Shown: one piece after another, positions 8,196 to 16,193 of the stretch
Layout of the letters: each line of letters opens with the position of its first letter
Position numbering within the stretch: the first letter of the stretch is position 1
Source: Candidatus Thorarchaeota archaeon
Lineage (GTDB): Archaea > Asgardarchaeota > Thorarchaeia > Thorarchaeales > Thorarchaeaceae
Reading direction: 5' to 3'
Length of the DNA stretch: 19,179 bases
NCBI GenBank assembly: GCA_016839445.1
Contig: JAEOUG010000071.1
Span: forward strand, 1-19,179
Notes under the pieces: generated by a model
Databases searched by the model: none
What the model was told of the DNA's origin: nothing
Seen by the model: the letters and a program-made list of their open reading frames with translations, nothing else
Made by a program: the position numbers and the translations under genes

Positions 8196-9539
8196 ATGTC
8201 GTCTCCGGTGGTCCAAGTCATGCAAGCCCTTCTTCCAGATGCCGAACTGATTGTGAGGATAATTCTAGGATTCACAGTGGGTGCCCTGATAGGGCTTGAG
8301 AGACAGAAGAAGATGACCACCGACACAGTTCTGGGTGTAAGATCATTCGGACTTCACAGCCTCTTCGGAGCACTTGCTGCCTACTCCACCGTAGTGACTG
8401 GGAATGAAATCATTCTGATCTACGCTGCCATCATTTCTGGAGCAATTGTCACCGCTCAGATGTACTACAAGCTTTTCCGAGCAATGGGAAGAGGTCTGAC
8501 TACTACCATTGCCTTCGCATTGTCTTTTGTCTTGGGCACACTAGTTGGGTTCGCGAATCCTCCGCCAGGGCAGCTTCTTGGGCCTCTGGAGGTTCTTGCA
8601 GTGACGATCTCGTTTGTAGTGTTTCTAGTGCTCGGCTTCAAGGAGGAATTGGCACATGCTGTCGAGGTGATCACACGTGAGGAGATGGTCAGTGCAGTTG
8701 AACTCGCTGTCATAATCCTACTATTCTGGCCTCTGATACCAGCGACAATCACCGTTGGTCCAATCGAGTTCCCGTTGTTCCAGACCTACCTTCTGATTGT
8801 CATCCTCTTGTCAGTGAGTTTCGTGAACTACCTGCTTGTGAAGAAGTACCGGGATAAAGGAGTGCTCTTCTTCGGCTTCTTCGGAGGTCTCGCAAACAGT
8901 GAGGCGACTGTCTCAAGTGTGACAGACTTCTACGTGAATGCAGACAGGAAGGGAGTCAGCAGGATTTCACTGTCCGTGCTCCTGGCGAATCTTGCCATGG
9001 TTCTTCGGAATGGAATCCTCTTGGTGCTGGTAGACACTACGTTCCAGCTCTTCCAGCTCTATTTGGTGCCAATCGTGATCCTAGTCATTGCTAGCGTCAT
9101 GAGGATGGTCTACGAGGCTCAGAAGGAGCACGTCCCAGGGAATCTCTACGACGCGAAGTTCTCTTCACCCTTCGAGTTTGGGGCAGCTCTGCGATTCGGT
9201 GCAATCTTTGGTTTGGTATACTTCATCCAGCTGTTTCTCACTCAGACCTTCAGCGAGGCCGGCGTGCTGGTTGCTGCGCTGATAGGCGGCTTTGTCTCGG
9301 CAGGGGCAGTAGTAGCAGGGTCCGCGGCGCTGTTCTACGGAGGGTCTCTGACACTTGGAGCAGCCCTTGGCTCTGTCCTGCTGGCAACTGCCATGTCCAT
9401 CCTCAACAAGACGGTCTACGTGTACCTTGCAGATAGAGAATCCGGCCTCCTGAAACGCGTGGCGAGGGATTCCATCTTTGTGGCCGTAGTCCTCCTAGCA
9501 TACTTCGCCCTCATTGCCATGGGACTGATTGCACTCTAA
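8196..9539 (+). CDS. MgtC/SapB N-terminal + DUF4010 multi-pass membrane protein
   Basis: GALIGLERQ, GVRSF, GLTT (MgtC-like), GFFGGLANSEA, SPFEF..AL.FG, GGFVS; highly hydrophobic, 447 aa. TTAAAA at 8175-8180 upstream. Confidence 0.88.
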   Translation: MSSPVVQVMQALLPDAELIVRIILGFTVGALIGLERQKKMTTDTVLGVRSFGLHSLFGALAAYSTVVTGNEIILIYAAIISGAIVTAQMYYKLFRAMGRGLTTTIAFALSFVLGTLVGFANPPPGQLLGPLEVLAVTISFVVFLVLGFKEELAHAVEVITREEMVSAVELAVIILLFWPLIPATITVGPIEFPLFQTYLLIVILLSVSFVNYLLVKKYRDKGVLFFGFFGGLANSEATVSSVTDFYVNADRKGVSRISLSVLLANLAMVLRNGILLVLVDTTFQLFQLYLVPIVILVIASVMRMVYEAQKEHVPGNLYDAKFSSPFEFGAALRFGAIFGLVYFIQLFLTQTFSEAGVLVAALIGGFVSAGAVVAGSAALFYGGSLTLGAALGSVLLATAMSILNKTVYVYLADRESGLLKRVARDSIFVAVVLLAYFALIAMGLIAL

Positions 9540-9690
9540 TGGGAACGCAAGACTTAAAGTTGAAGTAGGAACAGCAACCGCTGGTGACAACAGTGACAGT
9601 CGGTGGCTCTGTTCATCAATAGGAACAGCTTATCTAGTGCAACCTCCGACTCTCCATTCTGTCGCCGAAGCGAATTCTGGAGGAATCCAA

Positions 9691-11001
9691 TTGAGTGAGA
9701 TGAGAACAGTCAGAGGAATGAGAGACCTGATGGGCGAGGAGATGAGGGTAAGAAACTACCTTGTGGCCAAAGCCGTTGAGGTCTTCGAGCTGTTCGGATA
9801 TGAACCTCTGGACTCACCAGTCATGGAACTCTGGGAGACCCTTTCGGCGAAGGGCGGAGACGAAGTTGAGGCAGAAACCTTCAAGTTTACTGACAAGGGT
9901 GAGCGAGAAGTAGGGCTGAGGTTTGACTTGACGGTCCCCTTGGCCAGAATCGCAGCAACCAATCTGCATTTGCAGAAGCCATTCAAGCGATATGCCATCG
10001 GGAAGGCGTGGCGATACGACAGACCTCAGGCGGGGAGATATCGCGAGTTTGAGCAAGCTGATGTGGACATTGTTGGCTCTGACAACCCTGCAGCCGATGC
10101 TGAGGTCGTGCTTGTGGCGTTGGAGTTCCTGAGAAGGCTGTTCGGCAAGGACTACCTGATCAGGATAAACAACAGGAAGGTTCTGAAGGGGCTCACAGAG
10201 AGCGCCGGTGTCAAGGACAAACTGGCCTATGAGTGCTTCAGAGCCATCGACAAGCTTGACAAGATTGGCAGAAACGGCGTCCGTGATGAGCTTGCTCAGC
10301 GAGGCATATCAGAAGAATCGAGTGGGTTCCTTATCGACGCAATCGGCGTCAGCGGATCGGGAGAAGAAACCCTTCAGGAATTCAAACGCCTCATGACATC
10401 ATCCAGACTTGGACTTGAAGGAGTCTCTGAGCTAGAAGCAATGTCGAACATATTCGACGCCTCGGGAGTGCAGGACTATATCAGGTTCGACATGTCGCTC
10501 GCGAGAGGCCTAGATTACTACACAGGCCCTGTCTTCGAAGGAATGTATCTTGGTGAGCCTAATGTGGGAGCCATTCTAGGAGGCGGCAGATACGACCATC
10601 TCATTGCGCGGTTCGGCGGCCCTCCCACTCCTGCTACGGGTATCTCATTGGGTATTGGGAGAATCATCGATATCGTTCTTGCACAGACTGATGCCGAGCG
10701 ACTGATACCCAGGCTCGACGTGTTCATTGCTCCAGTCAAGATACAGATGGTGCCTCCTGCAATGGCAATCATGAATCAACTCGTAAGAAGCGGGATATCC
10801 TGCGAAGTAGATGTCATGGACCGATCACTCGGGAAGCTCTTCGAACTAGCTGAGAGCAGAAAGGCGAGATACATTCTCATCGTTGGGAAGCGCGACTATG
10901 ACAAGAGGGAAGTCAGCTTGCGCGACATGGTTTCGAAGGAGACCACTCAGATCCCTCTAGACAATCTTGCAGAATCTGTCAAGGGCATGCTGCAGAGATA
11001 G
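9691..11001 (+). CDS. hisS: Histidyl-tRNA synthetase
   Basis: RGMRDL, LRFDLTVPLAR, motif 2 WRYDRPQAGRYREF, LARGLDYYTG, GGGRYD, C-terminal anticodon-binding domain. Start moved to TTG 9691 behind GGAGGA (9679-9684); ATG 9700 is an alternative. Confidence 0.97.
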   Translation: MSEMRTVRGMRDLMGEEMRVRNYLVAKAVEVFELFGYEPLDSPVMELWETLSAKGGDEVEAETFKFTDKGEREVGLRFDLTVPLARIAATNLHLQKPFKRYAIGKAWRYDRPQAGRYREFEQADVDIVGSDNPAADAEVVLVALEFLRRLFGKDYLIRINNRKVLKGLTESAGVKDKLAYECFRAIDKLDKIGRNGVRDELAQRGISEESSGFLIDAIGVSGSGEETLQEFKRLMTSSRLGLEGVSELEAMSNIFDASGVQDYIRFDMSLARGLDYYTGPVFEGMYLGEPNVGAILGGGRYDHLIARFGGPPTPATGISLGIGRIIDIVLAQTDAERLIPRLDVFIAPVKIQMVPPAMAIMNQLVRSGISCEVDVMDRSLGKLFELAESRKARYILIVGKRDYDKREVSLRDMVSKETTQIPLDNLAESVKGMLQR

Positions 11002-11056
11002 AACAGGACCGGAGAAGATTTGTGTGCAGGCACGTATCTAGAGAACGGGTCTGAAT

Positions 11057-11896
11057 ATGACAAGGATGGCAGTATTCGCCGGAAGTTGGTACCAAGGAAC
11101 AGAGCCCAAGCTCCGCGAGAGTCTGGAACGGTGCTTCATGGGGAAATTGGGCCCGGGAAGGGTACCAGAAGGAGACCCAGGGACAGGCAGGAGTCTCAAG
11201 GCAATGATTGCACCTCACGCCGGACACATCTATTCGGGTCAGGCAGCTGCTCACACGTACCTGAGCCTGTTTGAGGATGGCAAACCAGAACACATCGTAG
11301 TATTGGGCCCTAACCACACCGGAATGGGAGCTCGTCTGGCAGTGTGCAACGAAGACTGGGAAACGCCCCTCGGCAAGATGAGGTTTGACGGACTACTCGG
11401 AGCAGCCATCGTAGAGGAGAACGAATACGCAACGAACGACTGCATTGCGCATGGAAGAGAACACTCAATCGAGATTCAGCTTCCCTTTCTCCAGTATGTC
11501 TTCGGGCCACAGACCTCCTTTGTGCCAATCTGTGTGACCGACCAGTCCTGGAGGGTCTGCGAGTCGCTCGGAAAGACCTTGGCCAGTCTCGCGGAAGAGA
11601 TGGACATCATGGTCATCGCCAGCTCAGACTTCACGCACTTCGAGTCAGCTGAAAGCGCACTGAAGAAGGACAATCAGGCAATGGAGTATTTGGAATTCTT
11701 GGACGCAAGAGGTTTCCTGGAGTTCGTCCAAGGGCACCGCATTAGCATCTGTGGTGCTGGACCCATCGCGGCTGCAGCACTCTTCGCCAAAGAGAGAGGT
11801 GCGGCCCAGTTTGAAGTCCTGAAGTACACGAACTCTGGGGACATCACTGGCGACCACAACAGCATCGTCGCGTATGTTTCCGCCAAATTCGTCTAG
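11057..11896 (+). CDS. MEMO1-family protein (AmmeMemoRadiSam protein B)
   Basis: AGSWY, PHAGHIYSG, GPNHTG, WETPLG, EHSIEIQLPFLQ, ASSDFTHF, ICG, YTNSGD, VAY. Confidence 0.95.
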   Translation: MTRMAVFAGSWYQGTEPKLRESLERCFMGKLGPGRVPEGDPGTGRSLKAMIAPHAGHIYSGQAAAHTYLSLFEDGKPEHIVVLGPNHTGMGARLAVCNEDWETPLGKMRFDGLLGAAIVEENEYATNDCIAHGREHSIEIQLPFLQYVFGPQTSFVPICVTDQSWRVCESLGKTLASLAEEMDIMVIASSDFTHFESAESALKKDNQAMEYLEFLDARGFLEFVQGHRISICGAGPIAAAALFAKERGAAQFEVLKYTNSGDITGDHNSIVAYVSAKFV

Positions 11897-11916
11897 CAGG
11901 GGCTGAGGCAAGTAGA

Positions 11917-13182
11917 CTACAGAGGCGGAACCTGATTGCACTCGTCCTCGCTCTTGACCGCTGTTGGTAGAAACAGCACTGCCACGGCGGCCCCTGCAAG
12001 CGAGACCTCGTAGGCAATCAGAAGCCCAATGTCTCCGCTCGCAGTCCGATCGAATAGCGTACCTCCCAAGAGGGAACTCGTGGCATACGCGCTGTTACTG
12101 ACTGCCCCGAAGACTCCCATGACGACACCGTATGATCTGGGATCAGTTGCATCACCAATCAACGCCTGAATGGTTGGACCACGCATGGCCATTCCCAATG
12201 CAAGGAAGGCTCCAGCAACTAGGAAGCCAGTGACATCAGATGCCAATATGAACATCAGCAGTGAGGCGGCACTGACCATGGCGCCACCTACAATCAGCCA
12301 CTTGCGTCCCCTTACGTCTGAGAGCTTGCCAAATCCTACATTGCCCACAATCATCACAATGCCGATGACACCAAAGAATACGCCAATCTCAATGGGCTGA
12401 ATTCCGAGATTCACTACAGCATCGAGCATGAAGGCGACCTCGAGGATGCCCATAGCAAACATGTTCGCAAACATAGCTACGCCCAGGGCCCCATAGATAC
12501 TCTTTGCCCGAGAGAGCGCCTCCCTGATTGGGATTCTATCACGAGTGTCACCATCGGTGCGTGCAGTCTTCTTCATGGGCTCCTTGACGAGAATATGAAC
12601 AAGCCCCATCGTGACGAGAGTAGCCACCGCAGCTATGACAAAGGGCATTCTGTACCCAGTGAACTGAGCAAGGGTTCCTCCCAAAGCCGGGCCTACAATG
12701 AACCCAACCATGTTGCCTGTGCTTAGGTAGCCCATGGCGGTTCCTCTGTTGTCGACTGATGTGACATCAGACACGTAGGCATTTGCTGCAGGGAAGAATC
12801 CTGCAGACACTGCTCCCTCTAAGGAACGTGCGGCAATCATGACAATGATGCTGGAGGCCGCAGCGTAGATGAGATTCGCTACGGCAAACCCGAAAAGGGC
12901 AGCCAGGAGAACAGGACGCCGCCCAACACGATCTGAGAGTCCTCCCATCGGACCAGCCAGCACTATTCTGGTAATGGCGAAAGATGCTGCTAGCACACCA
13001 AGCTCGATACCTCCAACACCGAGGGAGGTTATGTAGAATGGGAAGATGGGTGTGACAATCCCGAAGCCTATCTGAAGAATACTCAGCGAGATGGCCAGAA
13101 GCCAGACCTGACGCATACCGTCATGCCGGATGCTCTCATCTGATAGTTGCTCTTCATTGAATGCAATGACCTCGGGGTCCAT
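11917..13182 (-). CDS. Major facilitator superfamily transporter (DHA1/TetA-like)
   Basis: Motif A in both halves (GGLSDRVGRR, GKLSDVRGRK), G..VGPALGG motif C, about 12 TM segments. Start moved to ATG 13182 (GAGGAG upstream), removing the overlap with the ACT gene. Confidence 0.92.
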   Translation of the reverse strand: MDPEVIAFNEEQLSDESIRHDGMRQVWLLAISLSILQIGFGIVTPIFPFYITSLGVGGIELGVLAASFAITRIVLAGPMGGLSDRVGRRPVLLAALFGFAVANLIYAAASSIIVMIAARSLEGAVSAGFFPAANAYVSDVTSVDNRGTAMGYLSTGNMVGFIVGPALGGTLAQFTGYRMPFVIAAVATLVTMGLVHILVKEPMKKTARTDGDTRDRIPIREALSRAKSIYGALGVAMFANMFAMGILEVAFMLDAVVNLGIQPIEIGVFFGVIGIVMIVGNVGFGKLSDVRGRKWLIVGGAMVSAASLLMFILASDVTGFLVAGAFLALGMAMRGPTIQALIGDATDPRSYGVVMGVFGAVSNSAYATSSLLGGTLFDRTASGDIGLLIAYEVSLAGAAVAVLFLPTAVKSEDECNQVPPL

Positions 13183-13244
13183 TACCGGAACGCTCCTCAG
13201 GAGGGTCAAGTCACTCCTTTTGAACGTTCTTGCATGGTACAAGG

Positions 13245-13754
13245 CTATTTGTCGATGATTACCTTGCGGACACCCTTGATTCCAGCGAGAGTCTCGATCA
13301 CGCGACCGGGCAGGGGTTCCTGAGTGATCACCTTCAGACAAGGCTCCTGATATATCGCCACATCTTCTGCCAAGACCTGCCGAATCGGGATACCGTAGCC
13401 AGCTATCATGGAAGTGACCTCAGAGAGAATGCCCGGATTCTCAGGAGACTCCACGAAGATCGTGACAACTCCGTAACCAAGAACACCCCTCACATTCTCG
13501 AGAGAAGGACCCGCAGGCCTCAGCATTCGAAAGAACTCGCAGAGTTCCCTATTCTGGCAGATGTCCTCAGTAGTGGCCCTGACAGTCCTACGGTCTATCC
13601 CCAGAGCGGCTCCTAAAGACTTCAGAGGAATACGGATGTCGCCGCACTTGATGTCCCCAACAGATTCAATGTGGAACCCGTGCCGTACAATGGCCTGGGC
13701 CACCTTCAATCGTTGTGGTGAGTCTTTGAAGTAGTCTACAATTGTGCGCCACAT
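13245..13754 (-). CDS. ACT-domain predicted regulator of amino-acid metabolism (COG2150-like)
   Basis: N-terminal HTH-like LGIDRRTV, C-terminal ACT fold PGILSEVT..IA..GIPIRQV. Confidence 0.85.
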   Translation of the reverse strand: MWRTIVDYFKDSPQRLKVAQAIVRHGFHIESVGDIKCGDIRIPLKSLGAALGIDRRTVRATTEDICQNRELCEFFRMLRPAGPSLENVRGVLGYGVVTIFVESPENPGILSEVTSMIAGYGIPIRQVLAEDVAIYQEPCLKVITQEPLPGRVIETLAGIKGVRKVIIDK

Positions 13755-14309
13755 TTAGAGCACCTTGCTCTGCGGTTCTTCTAATTCCTTCTCCATTAGC
13801 ACCTCATCTATAAAGCCCTTCGGCATATCAAAGTGATTCCTTCTGACCCCCACCTGACGGAATCCCAGAGAAGAGTAAAGATGTAGAGCAGACAAGTTGT
13901 CGTGGAAAGTGCTCAGTATGATCTTAGAGAATCCGTTCTCCAAGGCCGCTTCTTGAGCTGCCACCATCAGAAGGCGGCCAATCCCACGATTCCTGAATTC
14001 CTTTCTTACAATGATTCCAAGCTTTGCGACGTGCCTTGAGGCCTCCCACTCCTCAGGTTGAAGTGTGAGATGTCCCGCATACTCGCTGTTGTGAAACGCG
14101 ACTAGGAGCACTTCGCTGGTATGCTCCGTCTTCTCAATCCAGTGCATCCAGTCCCCGCTGGTAGAGTTCGCACTGAATGTAGGAAGCCATTGCCCTTCTT
14201 CAACAATGCTCCTGAAGCCTTCGTGCAACAGGCTGGCATCATCTCTTTGCGCATGACGAACAAGGAGGGGAGTGCCGTCTCTCGAAGTGGAATCCCAGCT
14301 CTTCATCAT
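13755..14309 (-). CDS. GNAT-family N-acetyltransferase (YhhY/AaaT-like)
   Basis: RHVAKLGIIVRKEFRNRGIGRLLM, N..ALHLY..LGF, DEVLME; stop abuts the ACT gene start. Confidence 0.9.
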   Translation of the reverse strand: MMKSWDSTSRDGTPLLVRHAQRDDASLLHEGFRSIVEEGQWLPTFSANSTSGDWMHWIEKTEHTSEVLLVAFHNSEYAGHLTLQPEEWEASRHVAKLGIIVRKEFRNRGIGRLLMVAAQEAALENGFSKIILSTFHDNLSALHLYSSLGFRQVGVRRNHFDMPKGFIDEVLMEKELEEPQSKVL

Positions 14310-14398
14310 GCGTAATCGAGCTGGCGGACGTTATGACGATACAAAAAGGATTACGGTGTGGCGAAAATGCCAACATCTAGACCAACGATCTGCTGGAA

Positions 14399-15226
14399 TC
14401 AAGCAGCTTTCGATGCAAGAGGGATGTCGACACGTTGGCCAGGCCGTGGCAATGAGCAGGCATAGACTCTGTCGAGTTGGATATACCCTGTCTTTGCATC
14501 AATCTCGTGGAATGTGCCTTTGACTTGGAAAGCCGCAGGCTCAAGCGTGACGAGAGAAACGGCCACTCTGGTCCCGGTGCTGAGACCCAGCGCTCTTCTC
14601 CTCTCTTGACCTCTAAGAACAACGAGAGAATTGCTCGAGGATGGCAGGATGCCGAATTCAGGGAAAGCCACTGGGTACCCGTCATCGCCCACAAAGCCAA
14701 TTGCCTTCACTGCAGCCATCTGAGAGAACCGCTGATACACGTTGTGTGGCATGTTGCCCTCCTCTGTCTTGAGATCTGGAACCTTCTTTCTTGCAGACTT
14801 GGCCTTCAGGAAGGAGGATAGAACTCCAAGCTTCGAAATGCCGTACTTCTGGCTGGACCAAACAGCCTGAGCAACTCCAGCACTCCTCGCGTTTGTGTAC
14901 TGATTATACCTGAAGAGAGGAGTCTGAGCAATGAACTCGTACACATCGTCGCCTCGATGGAAGCTCTCGAAATCCGCTCGAATCAGCCAGCTATCAAGGT
15001 CTGTTGTCAGGACGAGAAGGCCCATCTTGGAGTTGCCTTCCTCCAGGTTCTTTCTGGTCTTGTAGGTCATGAAGTCACCATATACCAGTGTATTGCCATC
15101 GTACACCGTCCAAGTCATCACAGGCACAATATTCGGCTCGTCGTTAGAATCCTTGGTCACCATGAACTTGGGGACCTCGAAGACTCTCATCACATCTGTC
15201 AGCTCTTTGCTTAGAATGCTATCCAC
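14399..15226 (-). CDS. Tandem pyridoxamine-5'-phosphate-oxidase-like (FMN-binding split-barrel) protein
   Basis: Domain 1 FMVT...DEPNIVPV...YKTRKNLEE.N; domain 2 GFVGDDGYPVAFP...VAVSL...FQVKGTF. GTG start overlaps the activase stop by 8 nt. Confidence 0.75.
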   Translation of the reverse strand: MDSILSKELTDVMRVFEVPKFMVTKDSNDEPNIVPVMTWTVYDGNTLVYGDFMTYKTRKNLEEGNSKMGLLVLTTDLDSWLIRADFESFHRGDDVYEFIAQTPLFRYNQYTNARSAGVAQAVWSSQKYGISKLGVLSSFLKAKSARKKVPDLKTEEGNMPHNVYQRFSQMAAVKAIGFVGDDGYPVAFPEFGILPSSSNSLVVLRGQERRRALGLSTGTRVAVSLVTLEPAAFQVKGTFHEIDAKTGYIQLDRVYACSLPRPGQRVDIPLASKAA

Positions 15227-16193
15227 AGTTTACCACTCTCTCCGTGCTGTCTACCGGTCCAGACCCATCTCTCTTCGTCATTCCAGACCATACTACATTC
15301 TGGACTCCAACATCCCGAGCCACCTGCGCTAGGTGCTCCATTGCTTCAGATTCCATCAGGTCCTCATCCTCTAGGGGATACTCCAGGCCAAAGAGATGAT
15401 ACTTGTCTACGCACATCTTGTTGAAGGCCAAGAGATCGTACCGCTCTACATTGGGCATGTTGTCCAGAATGAATCTTGAGATGCTCCGCACATTCTTCTC
15501 ATCATCAGTGTGCTTGGGAATGATTGGAGTCCGAATCCATGTTGGCAGTCCTGATTCAGCCACAACTCTGGCGTTCTCCAGCACCCTATCCAAGGGAACA
15601 CCTGTGTATTCCTGGTGCATCTTGGGATCCATCGTCTTCAGATCATAGAGCACGAGATCAACATGCCTCAGAAGACTCCTCATTACGCTCTCACTGCAGT
15701 ATCCACAGGTGTCGAGTGCGACATGGACTCCGTTTTCCTGAAGCCCCTTCGCTACCTTGATAGCGAAGTCAGCTTGGAACGTGGCTTCTCCGCCCGAGAG
15801 AGTGACGCCGCCTCCGGATGTGTTGAAGAAGATCTTGTCCTTGAGCAACTCATTGACCATATCATCCGAAGCCCACACTTGTCCCATCATCTTGATGGCC
15901 CCGGTCGGGCAGGCATCCTCACAGTCACCGCAGAGCGTGCATCGCTCGTGGTCAATCCTGACACCGTTAGGAGTCATCTCGATTGCGCTCTCGGGGCATG
16001 CACGAACACACGCCTGGTCCCCAATGCATTTGACAGCGTACCACACAACAATCCGCTTGGGGTCAATGGTCTCTATGTTGTGGCACCACAGGCACTTCAT
16101 AGGACATCCCTTGAAGAACAGAGTCGTCCTGATGCCAGGTCCGTCCTCCGTAGAACACCGTTGGATGTTCGTGATGATTCCCGAAGTCGCCAT
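15219..16193 (-). CDS. Glycyl-radical enzyme activating protein (radical SAM, with ferredoxin-like insertion)
   Basis: DGPGIRTTLFFKGCPMKCLWCHN (CX3CX2C), two ferredoxin-type motifs, GGGVTLSGGE, DTCG, DLK. Confidence 0.96.
   Translation of the reverse strand: MATSGIITNIQRCSTEDGPGIRTTLFFKGCPMKCLWCHNIETIDPKRIVVWYAVKCIGDQACVRACPESAIEMTPNGVRIDHERCTLCGDCEDACPTGAIKMMGQVWASDDMVNELLKDKIFFNTSGGGVTLSGGEATFQADFAIKVAKGLQENGVHVALDTCGYCSESVMRSLLRHVDLVLYDLKTMDPKMHQEYTGVPLDRVLENARVVAESGLPTWIRTPIIPKHTDDEKNVRSISRFILDNMPNVERYDLLAFNKMCVDKYHLFGLEYPLEDEDLMESEAMEHLAQVARDVGVQNVVWSGMTKRDGSGPVDSTERVVNCG

Noticed and set aside
9529-9690. 54-aa N-terminal extension of HisRS
   Set aside because: HisRS homology begins at MRTVRGMRD, and a strong SD precedes TTG 9691; the open frame upstream is probably incidental.
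10651-10668. HisRS motif 3 reads GIGRI rather than GxERI/GxDRI
   Set aside because: The key Arg and all other motifs are intact; a single substitution is not evidence for a HisZ-like inactive paralogue.
13183-13341. N-terminal extension of the MFS transporter
   Set aside because: Overlaps the ACT gene, has no transporter character, and an SD lies before ATG 13182.
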